A DNA stretch of 64,000 nucleotides, taken from the IMG/VR virus record IMGVR_UViG_3300027971_000002; one strand, written 5' to 3'. Positions 1 to 8,207 of the stretch are shown here, piece by piece (position 1 is the stretch's first letter; every line of letters starts with the position of its first letter). The notes below the pieces were generated by a model. The model did not search any database. It worked only from the letters and a program-made list of their open reading frames with translations, and was not told the DNA's origin. The DNA comes from an uncultured virus (IMG/VR IMGVR_UViG_3300027971_000002). Taxonomy: Duplodnaviria; Heunggongvirae; Uroviricota; Caudoviricetes. The position numbers and the translations under genes are program-made.

Positions 1-15
1 AAGGATAATTCCCGG

Positions 16-52
16 GAGCCGGGGGGCGAAAGCCTCCCGGTTCTTTTTTTTT
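16..52 (+). terminator. Rho-independent terminator
   Basis: GAGCCGGGGGGC-GAAA-GCCTCCCGGTTC stem followed by a run of nine T. Confidence 0.85.
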
Positions 53-93
53 AGGGATGCCAAATACTCATTTACCCAATGCCTCTGCCAATG

Positions 94-253
94 TTTGTGT
101 TGGAAGGCCCACCCACCCCTTCTTTTCCCTTACGGGAACTAGGTGGTGGAGAGAGTGATGTATCTCACAAGGTAGTGGTCAAGGTCTGCTATGAGAGAGG
201 TTATAGATTTCTCCATGTCGGCAACCAACCAACCAACCGACAAGGGGGCAAAA
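94..253 (+). promoter_or_regulatory. Repeated early cassette element, copy 1
   Basis: TTTGTGTTGG 94, AGTGA-N6-TCACA 154-169, GTGGTC 175, -10-like TAGATT 204, RBS AAGGGGGC. Confidence 0.8.
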
Positions 254-547
254 ATGGATAAAGTCATAGCAGATAAAATGGCTAAGATTTTCTTTGGCAT
301 GCTTGAGGGCGAATTTCCAGACGACCAAGAGGACATGCGATTTTTCACGAACTATCTAGCACCATTTACCGCGATGATGGCAGACCAAGCCGTAGAGGCT
401 TTAGTCTATAAGTATGATGTTGATGAGGAGTTCGCTAACCTAGTTGTTCGAGGTACGGCTATGTTGAACAAGATGAATGGCGCCAATTCTTTCAATGACT
501 ACTGCGCGACCGAGGAAATGGCACAAGCGATGAGAGAGGAGGGGTAA
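254..547 (+). CDS. hypothetical protein (97 aa)
   Basis: In-frame ATG at 254 of ORF 191..547, directly after RBS AAGGGGGC. Confidence 0.8.
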   Translation: MDKVIADKMAKIFFGMLEGEFPDDQEDMRFFTNYLAPFTAMMADQAVEALVYKYDVDEEFANLVVRGTAMLNKMNGANSFNDYCATEEMAQAMREEG

Positions 548-726
548 TGGCTAAAACTTATCGGGTATCTCTTGAGCAAGACTTTATTATTAAAACAACC
601 GACATTCAAGAGGTAATGCGTAACTATGAGTTTTCTGACTTTTGTAGTTGTACTTCAATAGTTGGCGAGCCTGAGTTTGAAGGTGGCAAGACAACCTATG
701 AGGAGTTAGACGACGATGAGTTGTAA
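547..726 (+). CDS. small acidic hypothetical protein (59 aa)
   Basis: Manual translation MAKTYRVSLEQ...DDDEL; TAATG coupling to the upstream gene; RBS GAGGGG. Confidence 0.7.
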   Translation: MAKTYRVSLEQDFIIKTTDIQEVMRNYEFSDFCSCTSIVGEPEFEGGKTTYEELDDDEL

Positions 727-823
727 TTGCGACCAATGCGAATGCGACAATGTAGATGACTACACTGAGGAAGGCACGAATTGCGAGGAATGCTTTAGAG
801 ATTGCGTAGTAACTGAGGGTTAA
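716..823 (+). CDS. Cys-rich acidic microprotein (35 aa)
   Basis: Manual translation MSCNCDQCECDNVDDYTEEGTNCEECFRDCVVTEG; RBS GAGGAG. Confidence 0.6.
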   Translation: MSCNCDQCECDNVDDYTEEGTNCEECFRDCVVTEG

Positions 824-885
824 GCGGGCAAAAGAGGCGGGCAGGGCTGGTTACCTTGCCCGCTTTGCCGCGCCCGCGAAAAATG

Positions 886-1045
886 TTTGTGTTGAATGCC
901 CACCCACCCATTCACCCTTTCAGGGTACTGTGTGTGAAAGAGAGTGACGCGTATCACACCAAAGTGGTCTAGGGTCGGTATCTGAGTGGCGGTAAGTTTC
1001 TCTATGTAGCGAACGCTATGAATAACCAAGTAAAGGGGCAAAGGT
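886..1045 (+). promoter_or_regulatory. Repeated early cassette element, copy 2
   Basis: TTTGTGTTGA 886, AGTGA-N6-TCACA 943-958, GTGGTC 964, TAAGTT 993, RBS AAAGGGGC. Confidence 0.8.
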
Positions 1046-1501
1046 ATGGCGACAGGCAGAATTACAGTAGAGAGGGCTCTACTTATTAAAACCATCTCCG
1101 AACTCAATGAGGCGGAAATCAAGGGCTACGAAAAGGATTTAGTGGTCTATGAAAAGGCAAAAATTGCTCAAGATAAGAAAATTGAGGCACTCGCCCTCAA
1201 AGTGGCAAAGGTTATCGCTAAGTCTGGAGTCAAAGACCTAGACCTCAGAGATGATTACGATTGGTCAAACGGGCACGGCTCAGAAAAGGTGGAGTATGTC
1301 CGTGTTCAGTTAGAACTAACTGGACTAACCGCGTCTGAGTTGGGCGGAACTTTCCGCTCAAGTAATCTCAGCAAGCCTTCCGACCCACGCACTCAAGGGC
1401 ACGGCAAGTATCACGAACGGGAACAGATGCTCAAGACTCTTGCTTTGACTAGCAAAGATGAAATCTCTTTGCCAATCCATTGGTCTGAGCAGTATCTATA
1501 A
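1046..1501 (+). CDS. hypothetical protein
   Basis: 151 aa ORF with RBS filling the cassette. Confidence 0.8.
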   Translation: MATGRITVERALLIKTISELNEAEIKGYEKDLVVYEKAKIAQDKKIEALALKVAKVIAKSGVKDLDLRDDYDWSNGHGSEKVEYVRVQLELTGLTASELGGTFRSSNLSKPSDPRTQGHGKYHEREQMLKTLALTSKDEISLPIHWSEQYL

Positions 1502-1574
1502 GTAGTTAGGCGGAAAACCTCGCTCAGCCTTCGGGTTGGGCGGGGCTTTCGTTTGCCCGCGAAACGCGGAAAAG

Positions 1575-1728
1575 TTTGTGTTGGCCCGCCCTCCCTGTCC
1601 ATTATAAGGGAATAGGGAAGAAGAGAGAGTGATGTAACTCACACCAAAGTGGTCTAGGGTTGCTATCCGATAGGGCATAGAGTTCTACCTATCAAGCAAC
1701 AAGGCTTGATTTAGTAAGGGGGCAATAA
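1575..1728 (+). promoter_or_regulatory. Repeated early cassette element, copy 3
   Basis: TTTGTGTTGG 1575, AGTGA-N6-TCACA 1628-1643, GTGGTC 1649, TAGAGT 1678, RBS AAGGGGGC. Confidence 0.8.
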
Positions 1729-2196
1729 ATGGCGCAAACCGCCAGCATTACTCGCAGTGAGGCGAAAGTGGCAGTAGATACTTTCGTGAGTCACTACATT
1801 AGCAATAACTCAGCAGATGTCTCAGCCGAGACAATTACAGCATTACAGGCTGGAGTATCAAAAGATATTCAAATTAGAGATTACCTACTAGGGTTATCAC
1901 TAGAATATCCTCTCCCAAGCCTTATCGAGGCTCTTTCAGTAATGATTGAGTTCATACCCGAGGGCAGTCGCTCAGGTATCTATTCCGTACTCGCGGCTCA
2001 GGTTTACCGAAGCGGAGACACGAACCGCGCTCAGGAGTTCCTAGCCTTAGCACTTGATGAGGACTCCTCATACTCTCTCGCAAAATTACTTCAGCGCGTA
2101 ATTGACTCAGGTTGGCCAGAGGGTGCTTTCGTAAAGATGACCGAGGAATTACACCCAAAGGTTGTCGAAGGTCTAGACGACACCATAATCGAATAA
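1729..2196 (+). CDS. DUF4192-like helical protein
   Basis: IRDYLLG, A..Y..GD..RA...L..AL and YSLAKLL pattern resembles the actinobacterial DUF4192 family. Confidence 0.65.
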   Translation: MAQTASITRSEAKVAVDTFVSHYISNNSADVSAETITALQAGVSKDIQIRDYLLGLSLEYPLPSLIEALSVMIEFIPEGSRSGIYSVLAAQVYRSGDTNRAQEFLALALDEDSSYSLAKLLQRVIDSGWPEGAFVKMTEELHPKVVEGLDDTIIE

Positions 2197-2249
2197 TCGA
2201 AGCGGAAGGCTCGCCCCGAAAGGGGCGGGCTGGACGCCCGCGAGAAAAG

Positions 2250-2392
2250 TTTGTGTTGGCCCTCCCACCCCGTTTATTATTATAGGGAGTATTAGTATGA
2301 GAGAGATTTAAGGTGTGATGTAAGTCACACTCGAGTGCCCTAGGTTTGCTATCGGGCAGGGCCTAGGTTTAGTTATTGAAAGGGGGCAGAAT
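2250..2392 (+). promoter_or_regulatory. Repeated early cassette element, copy 4
   Basis: TTTGTGTTGG 2250, TGTGA-N6-TCACA 2314-2329, GTGCCC 2335, TAGGTT 2364, RBS GAAAGGGGGC. Confidence 0.8.
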
Positions 2393-2641
2393 ATGAAAAC
2401 TCTGTCGGAATTGGCTTCGATAATCGAAGCAGATTGTAACGGTAAGCCTTGGTATAACTATGCCAAGCCTTATGTGAAGGCTATGCGTAGCCTTGAATCT
2501 ATCGACGATGTATATATCGCAGATAGTGGTGAATCGGTAGTGCTCTACGCACTATCTAATCTCTCCTATTGGAGAGGAGATACCGCCAAGGCAGTAAAGG
2601 CGGAATTAAAGCAACACTTGAAAGGGGTAAAGCATGGGTGA
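2393..2641 (+). CDS. phage hypothetical protein
   Basis: 82 aa ORF with AKPY..AM..L and YALSNLSYWRG..AK.VK motifs; strong RBS. Confidence 0.75.
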   Translation: MKTLSELASIIEADCNGKPWYNYAKPYVKAMRSLESIDDVYIADSGESVVLYALSNLSYWRGDTAKAVKAELKQHLKGVKHG

Positions 2642-3029
2642 CCGCGCTAACTTCGGGTTCCGTCAGGGAGAGGATACCCTCTTCCTGTACGGACACTGGG
2701 CGGGTTATCAAATGCTCGCACAATTGGCTAACGCAGTCAGTCAAGCGGAGCCCCGCTGGTCTGACAACGGATACGCTATCCGTATCGCTGTCTCTAACTT
2801 GGTCGGTGACCAATGGACGGAGAAAACTGGTTGGGGTCTTTATATTAACCAAATCGCAGACAATGAGCACCATGTACCAATAGTGGACTTTCAGTCTCGA
2901 ACATTCGCTCTCTATGAGCACAATTGGTCTTGGGATAACACCAAAATCAAATACTTGGCGGATAATCCAAAGTTTACAATGCCACTGGACCAATTTGTGG
3001 CAAAGTATCAAAAGGTTTCTGTCCCCTAA
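2634..3029 (+). CDS. phage hypothetical protein
   Basis: 131 aa ORF, MGDRAN...LYGHWAG start; RBS GAAAGGGG. Confidence 0.75.
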   Translation: MGDRANFGFRQGEDTLFLYGHWAGYQMLAQLANAVSQAEPRWSDNGYAIRIAVSNLVGDQWTEKTGWGLYINQIADNEHHVPIVDFQSRTFALYEHNWSWDNTKIKYLADNPKFTMPLDQFVAKYQKVSVP

Positions 3030-3081
3030 CGGAAAACGCGGTAGGGCGGGCGCGAGCCCGCTCTGCTCGCGGCCCGCGATG

Positions 3082-3249
3082 TTTGTGTTGGCCCACCCTC
3101 CCATGTCCATTATGGGAATATATATATAGGAGAGAGATGTGACCTAAGTCACAAAAATAAGTTGCCGAGTGGTCTAGGTCTGCTATTCGTCATAGGATAA
3201 GTTTTACCTATGAGTCAAAGGGGCTCATAATATTAAATTGGGGGCAATT
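3082..3249 (+). promoter_or_regulatory. Repeated early cassette element, copy 5
   Basis: TTTGTGTTGG 3082, TGTGA-N6-TCACA 3138-3153, GTGGTC 3169, TAAGTT 3198, RBS GGGGGC. Confidence 0.8.
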
Positions 3250-3357
3250 ATGAAAGTATTAACAAAGGCTAAGTGTATCGAGTGTTCAAGAGTATTCGAC
3301 TTAATGAACGACGACGATAATAATGAGTGGTTCTACGGCCACGATTGTGAGGCATAA
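3250..3357 (+). CDS. Zn-finger-like microprotein (35 aa)
   Basis: Manual translation MKVLTKAKCIECSRVFDL...YGHDCEA (CxxC...HxC). Confidence 0.7.
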   Translation: MKVLTKAKCIECSRVFDLMNDDDNNEWFYGHDCEA

Positions 3358-3446
3358 TGACTACCATTCATGCTGGAGATTGTTCAACCGACTGTATTAC
3401 CTGTCAAAATAACTGTTCATGCGATAAATGCGAGGGGGAATCATGA
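3357..3446 (+). CDS. Cys-rich microprotein (29 aa)
   Basis: MTTIHAGDCSTDCITCQNNCSCDKCEGES; TAATG and ATGA coupling on both sides. Confidence 0.55.
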   Translation: MTTIHAGDCSTDCITCQNNCSCDKCEGES

Positions 3447-3679
3447 GTAACTATCCGCCAGGAGTAACTGGGTTTGAGCCTGAAATTGCGGGTTACGATG
3501 AGAGAGAAAATATTATGGAGGTCGAGTGTGGGTATGACCCCTGCCGATACGCCTTGGAGGTCCCTGTGACCGAGACTTATAGCCACGATGTGGTTCAATG
3601 GTATGCGGTTTGGGTATGTCCGTCATGTAATGAGGAGAATGAGAAGGAAGGCTGGTACGACCCTAATGACGATAATTAG
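3443..3679 (+). CDS. Zn-ribbon-like small protein
   Basis: MSNYPPGV start, C-x4-C and CPSC motifs; RBS GAGGGGG. Confidence 0.7.
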   Translation: MSNYPPGVTGFEPEIAGYDERENIMEVECGYDPCRYALEVPVTETYSHDVVQWYAVWVCPSCNEENEKEGWYDPNDDN

Positions 3680-3830
3680 CAAAGACGCCAATTACACCAT
3701 TCTCGATAAGCAAATACTGCATTGTGACGAATTGCAGTTCCAATATGTATGCAATAAGTGCGAGGAGTATATGCTCTGTTACTACTGCGAGTTCGATTAT
3801 TCTGAGCCACACGAATGTGAGGAGTTCTAA
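3666..3830 (+). CDS. Cys-rich small protein
   Basis: In-frame ATG within ORF 3588..3830; CNKC, CYYC and HEC motifs. Confidence 0.6.
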   Translation: MTIISKDANYTILDKQILHCDELQFQYVCNKCEEYMLCYYCEFDYSEPHECEEF

Positions 3831-3961
3831 TGACACTAGACGCCGTCTTGGACAAGATTGAAGCGATTATTGAGAGTACGCACGATAAAAAAAGCCCGCT
3901 AGAAATGGGCCACTGCAAGTACTGCACGACTTGGCTCGTGATAACTCAGATGGAGTTATAG
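3830..3961 (+). CDS. small hypothetical protein (43 aa)
   Basis: MTLDAVLDKIE...HCKYC...; TAATG coupling; RBS GAGGAG. Confidence 0.55.
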   Translation: MTLDAVLDKIEAIIESTHDKKSPLEMGHCKYCTTWLVITQMEL

Positions 3962-3986
3962 ATTTAGGTTGCCCCCTAAAACGCGA

Positions 3987-4016
3987 AGCCCCTAGCCTTA
4001 CGGCTGGGGGCTTTTG
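3987..4016 (+). terminator. probable terminator hairpin
   Basis: AAGCCCCTAGCC-TTAC-GGCTGGGGGCTTTT. Confidence 0.65.
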
Positions 4017-4043
4017 CATGCCCGCGTGCGGGCCAGCGAAATG

Positions 4044-4488
4044 TTTGTGTTGGCCCACCCACCCCTTATCCCTTCGGGATAGGGTGGTGAGAGAGAGAGA
4101 TGTGATGCAAATCACATGTGAAATTGCCCACACTGCCACCGGCTGTGACGAAAGTCACATGTGATACTGCCCACACTGCTCAAATGTCGACAAAGCCACT
4201 TACCGACATGAAATGTCGACATATTGCTAAGTCGGTTCGGCTACTGCTTGGTGGGCGGTGGGAGTCGTGGCGGTATGCCCAGACCTACGGCTCTCTCGGC
4301 TGGTTCTTAGAACATAAGAGAGTTATCTCCTAGAGAGAGTTAAGTGCAGAGAGAGTGAGAGAGATATTCCTATCTATTACGCATAGGAGGCATGTGTGAC
4401 GCTTATCACAAAAATACTTTGGCTAGTGGTCTTGGTCTGCTCCCTAAACCATGGCAAGGTTCTCCTATCACCACGAAAGGGGAATTAA
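4044..4488 (+). promoter_or_regulatory. Expanded cassette element, copy 6
   Basis: TTTGTGTTGG 4044, four CRP-like boxes 4101-4175, further box 4395-4410, GTGGTC 4426, TGG-CAAGGT 4455, RBS GAAAGGGG. Confidence 0.75.
4101..4179. repeat. 43-bp-period tandem repeat of paired TGTGA-N6-(T/C)CACA boxes
   Basis: TGTGAtgcaaaTCACATGTGAaattgcCCACActgc at 4101 and TGTGAcgaaagTCACATGTGAtactgcCCACActgc at 4144. Confidence 0.8.
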
Positions 4489-5877
4489 ATGCAGGAAAGT
4501 CTTGCAGTTCTAGTAGTCGGCTATCAGGGTTCTACCTGCTATCAGACTTTAATTATGCCTCAGGAAACTGAGGTCTCTCTCTACCATAGGGAATATACGG
4601 GACAGAGAGGTCGCGGTTCGGCTTGGCGCGAAATCTCCATAGGAGAGGTTCCTGATACTGACCGTATCCAAAAGCCTATCGCCTTCTCCGTATCACAAGC
4701 CAATATCGCTCAGGCTGGTATTGGTCTAATCACTCCAGTATCTACCAAAGCCATGAGCCTATGGACTGAGAACGATACCTTGGACACCACTGCCGATTAC
4801 TTGACCGTTATTAAGGTTATTCGTGACCTGCTATTAGAGGGTGACTCCTCCTTACAGGACTATGTGGCAGACGGGTCTAATGTCTCTCTAAAGCCTATCC
4901 GCAAAGCGCAAAATCCCGTTCAGGTAGTATTTAATCCTGAACCTTCGGTTCCTGCTCCAACGGCTGAACAACCTATGAACAACCCTCCTACCTCCAACGA
5001 TGTAGTGATTGCTCAGGTTCCCGACAAGAAGTGGGCAAAGCAATATGTCCAACGCCGATTACCCTCAGGGCAGACTGAGTTCGAGATATTCGACTCAGCC
5101 CTAGCAGAGCGCGATAACGTGCTTATCTTTGGGCCGACTGGTTCGGGTAAGACTATGTCCGTACTGGCGTATGCCTCAGAGCGAAATATGCCTTATTACA
5201 ATGTGGCAAGCCATAATGGTATCGAAATCAGCCAGTTAATCGGGCAGTGGATACCTACTTCCGACGGGCACTATAAGTGGCAAGACGGTGCAGTTACTCA
5301 GATTGTGCGTAACGGCGGTGTACTGCTACTGAACGAAATTAACTTCATGCCTGAACGGTTCACCACTGCAATTTTCTCACTTCTCGACGACCGACGACAC
5401 CTTCTCCTTATGGGTAACAATGGTGAGATTATCCACGCACACCCTGACCTGCTAATCGTGGCAGACATGAACCCACAATATCGTGGAACCCGACCTATGA
5501 ATGAAGCGTTCAAAGACCGTTGGGCGCATAAGTTGGAGTTCGATTACGACCCTAAGATTGAGCGTTCACTTATCAAGAGTAAGTCTCTGCTCGATATGGC
5601 TGGTGCGTTGCGTGAGTCGTATGACAAGCGTGAGATTGCAACACCTATCTCGACTCGTTCTTTGGTTACCTTCTCAAAGAATATTATTAAATTGGGTATC
5701 GAGTACGCAATTTATTCCTTCCTTAATTCCTTCGGTGACACTAAGGAACGTAACGCGGTTCGCATGATTGTCGATAACACCTACAAGGCGAATATTGCTA
5801 GTGACTTTGGTATCGCCGTAGACATTCGTCTCAATGAGGACGAAGTCAACCCACTAGAGGAGGTCTCTAATGCGTAA
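4489..5877 (+). CDS. MoxR-type AAA+ ATPase (CbbQ/NorQ/CobS-like)
   Basis: Walker A GPTGSGKT, WQDG.V, degenerate Walker B LLLNEIN, MNP.YRGT..MNEAFKDR, ISTR. Confidence 0.85.
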   Translation: MQESLAVLVVGYQGSTCYQTLIMPQETEVSLYHREYTGQRGRGSAWREISIGEVPDTDRIQKPIAFSVSQANIAQAGIGLITPVSTKAMSLWTENDTLDTTADYLTVIKVIRDLLLEGDSSLQDYVADGSNVSLKPIRKAQNPVQVVFNPEPSVPAPTAEQPMNNPPTSNDVVIAQVPDKKWAKQYVQRRLPSGQTEFEIFDSALAERDNVLIFGPTGSGKTMSVLAYASERNMPYYNVASHNGIEISQLIGQWIPTSDGHYKWQDGAVTQIVRNGGVLLLNEINFMPERFTTAIFSLLDDRRHLLLMGNNGEIIHAHPDLLIVADMNPQYRGTRPMNEAFKDRWAHKLEFDYDPKIERSLIKSKSLLDMAGALRESYDKREIATPISTRSLVTFSKNIIKLGIEYAIYSFLNSFGDTKERNAVRMIVDNTYKANIASDFGIAVDIRLNEDEVNPLEEVSNA

Positions 5878-7861
5878 CGAACGAGATTACGGGTTTAACC
5901 TTAACGAGCATGGTTCTATCTTAAAAGAATTGTTCGGTGAGGAAATCTTTAATGACTGGCAAAATGGCAACCTAGACCAAGAGTCGCTTACCAATATCTC
6001 GGACGAAGTCCAAGACCTAGTCGAACGCGAACAAGGCGAGTTAGGTGCGGTCTGCATTGTCTACGGCAAGGCTGACCGAATTATCACTCGTAACTCTGCC
6101 GTAAGCGTTACCCTGCACAAACCAACATGGGAGGAGCCTCACTTAGAGGGAATTGCAGGTTGGAGTGACGGCAAGAAAATTACCTTTAACAAGGACATAG
6201 TGACTCTGCTCAATGACTCGGATATTCCTGCTCTCAATGGGCTTAATTACCATGAGTTAAGCCACCTTCTCTACACGCCTCGCGGTGGGTCTGAGTTCAT
6301 AATGTGGGTGCAGGATAAGGAGTACGGAGTAGCCTTTAATTACTTAGAGGACGCACGAATTGAAACTCTAATGACTGCTCGGTTCCCTAGCACTAGATTA
6401 TTCTTAGAGGCTAACTTCATGCGTTATGTCGCAGTTAACAATACCGACAGTGCTGACCTATTCCTACTAAGTCGTGGGCGTAAGTATGTGCCACTATCTA
6501 TTCGCCAAAAGATTGCTGACTTATTCGTTGCAGAACGTGGTCTTGAAATGGCGCAAGAAGTTGCGGATATTATCGACACCTATCGGACACTCGTACTTCC
6601 ACGCGACTCTGAGATTGCTAAGCCACTTATCAAACGCTTTGCCAAGATTGTTGGCAAGGGAAATATGGGCAATAGCACTGCTGAGGGTGGCGAGGGTGAG
6701 GACGGAGATAGCGAGAAGGAAGGCGAGGTCGCTTGTCCAAACGATTGCACTAATCGTGCACCTATGAAGTACGGTCGACCACTTGGAGTTAACGAGCAGA
6801 TTGAGGACTCTAAGAAGGCTAAAGGTTTAAGTAAGTCTGAGGAGTTGCGTGAAGTTGATAATACTAAATTACTTCAAGGCGAAGGCGAAGGCGATAACTC
6901 TATTGAGTCTGACCGTACGTCTGACGGGTTCATGCAACAGGACACTCAAAAGGTAGAGCGTTCACTCGCTGACTTAATTGAGCAACGTGCTAAAGATATT
7001 CGTAGCAACGACGAAGTGAAGCGAGAGGTTCGTGAGTTTCGTGAAGCAGTAGCAACCAACGACGTGCACCGAAATACAGTTCGAGTTGCTCGCTATACTA
7101 ATATGACACCTGCTGAAATAAATATGCAGAGTCACCGAGAAGGCGATTACCCACTAATTGCTGAGCAGTTCGGTCGTGAGTTGGAACGCTTGGAGATTGA
7201 CAACGAGCCTAACTGGGATAAGGAGAAGCCTTCGGGTCGTCTCAATGTGCAACGCACAATGAACGCTGGTCTTAATGATATTGACCGACTCTTTGACCAG
7301 TGGAGCGAGGTTGATTACGGCACTGAGATTGAAGCGGTAATTCTGCTCGATAACTCAGGCTCTATGGGTTCATGTATTCAACGCGCCTCAGCCTCAGTGT
7401 GGGCTATCAAGCGAGGGTTAGAGCGTATCCACGCTAACACCACCGTATTCAGTTTCAATAGTGGAAGCCGAGTCCTATATACAAGCGACGAGAAAACTTC
7501 CTACGACGTAGTTCGTGCAGTTCACGCTGGCGGTACGACTAACCCAGTGAGAGCGTTAGAGGAGGCTAAGCAGATATTTAATCTGACTAACCGAGCCACT
7601 AAACTCTTGTTTATTATTACGGACGGCGGTTTCGATTACGCAGAGCCTTGCGATAATTTAATTAAGCAGTTCAACGAGGACGGCGTTATCACTAGCACTA
7701 TCTATCTTGGACGTATTTCTGAGAGCAGTTATGTATGGGAAGCCGACCACATTGAAGGGTATCGACACTACGCTAAGCACTTTAACGTAATCGCTGACCC
7801 AGCAGACCTAGTACGAGTAGCGACAGATATAGTCGTCGAGCAGTTAGGAGTTCACCAGTGA
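5870..7861 (+). CDS. vWA-domain protein (CobT-like partner of the AAA+ ATPase)
   Basis: HELSH and NYLEDARIE in the N-terminal part; C-terminal MIDAS DNSGSM, GGT, ITDG. Confidence 0.85.
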   Translation: MRNERDYGFNLNEHGSILKELFGEEIFNDWQNGNLDQESLTNISDEVQDLVEREQGELGAVCIVYGKADRIITRNSAVSVTLHKPTWEEPHLEGIAGWSDGKKITFNKDIVTLLNDSDIPALNGLNYHELSHLLYTPRGGSEFIMWVQDKEYGVAFNYLEDARIETLMTARFPSTRLFLEANFMRYVAVNNTDSADLFLLSRGRKYVPLSIRQKIADLFVAERGLEMAQEVADIIDTYRTLVLPRDSEIAKPLIKRFAKIVGKGNMGNSTAEGGEGEDGDSEKEGEVACPNDCTNRAPMKYGRPLGVNEQIEDSKKAKGLSKSEELREVDNTKLLQGEGEGDNSIESDRTSDGFMQQDTQKVERSLADLIEQRAKDIRSNDEVKREVREFREAVATNDVHRNTVRVARYTNMTPAEINMQSHREGDYPLIAEQFGRELERLEIDNEPNWDKEKPSGRLNVQRTMNAGLNDIDRLFDQWSEVDYGTEIEAVILLDNSGSMGSCIQRASASVWAIKRGLERIHANTTVFSFNSGSRVLYTSDEKTSYDVVRAVHAGGTTNPVRALEEAKQIFNLTNRATKLLFIITDGGFDYAEPCDNLIKQFNEDGVITSTIYLGRISESSYVWEADHIEGYRHYAKHFNVIADPADLVRVATDIVVEQLGVHQ

Positions 7862-8058
7862 CAAGATACAGAGCAACAATTCACCAACATATTATTATGG
7901 ACGTGTGGGTTGAAGCACCCGACCGAGAGTCGGCATGGCAGTTAGCCAATGACCAAGTCAACGAACGCGAGGAACGAGGCGTGTGGATTGAGGACGTGTG
8001 GGCTGGTTGGACAGAGGTTGGTTCTATCTATGACGAGGAAGGTAACGAAGTTGAGTAA
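7858..8058 (+). CDS. hypothetical protein
   Basis: 66 aa ORF, VEA...E.A...A pattern, GTGA overlap with the upstream stop. Confidence 0.7.
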   Translation: MTRYRATIHQHIIMDVWVEAPDRESAWQLANDQVNEREERGVWIEDVWAGWTEVGSIYDEEGNEVE

Positions 8059-8206
8059 ATACGGAGTTGAAATACGAGTTGAAATATGGACAACGTTCGA
8101 GGCAAGCAGTGAGCACGACGCTCTTGAACAAGCGCACGAATGGGTCTCGTTAGAGTACGGTGACCTATCAGATAAAGCAGACTATACAGTTACGGAGTTA
8201 AAATAA
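8051..8206 (+). CDS. hypothetical protein, similar pattern to the upstream gene
   Basis: TTG start within ORF 7949..8206; FEA.SE..A...A pattern. Confidence 0.6.
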   Translation: MSKYGVEIRVEIWTTFEASSEHDALEQAHEWVSLEYGDLSDKADYTVTELK

Positions 8207-8207
8207 T

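Noticed and set aside
3967..3978. GGTTGCCCC(C/T)T anti-RBS-like sequence after a stop codon, here and at about 58603-58614 on the minus strand
   Set aside because: Only two short occurrences with no supporting structure; cannot be separated from chance
3867..4333. ORFs 3867-4139, 3931-4164 and 4118-4333, plus similar ORFs over other repeat copies (79-261, 820-1122, 1411-1678, 2914-3129)
   Set aside because: They run across regulatory repeats, lack RBSs, and their shared peptides (MFVL, ANTN) merely translate the DNA motif
94..4460. CRISPR array or integron attC interpretation of the early repeats
   Set aside because: Repeats are degenerate and multi-part, spaced by whole genes, and lack constant repeat/spacer lengths or attC R-box symmetry; no cas1 or integron integrase was recognised
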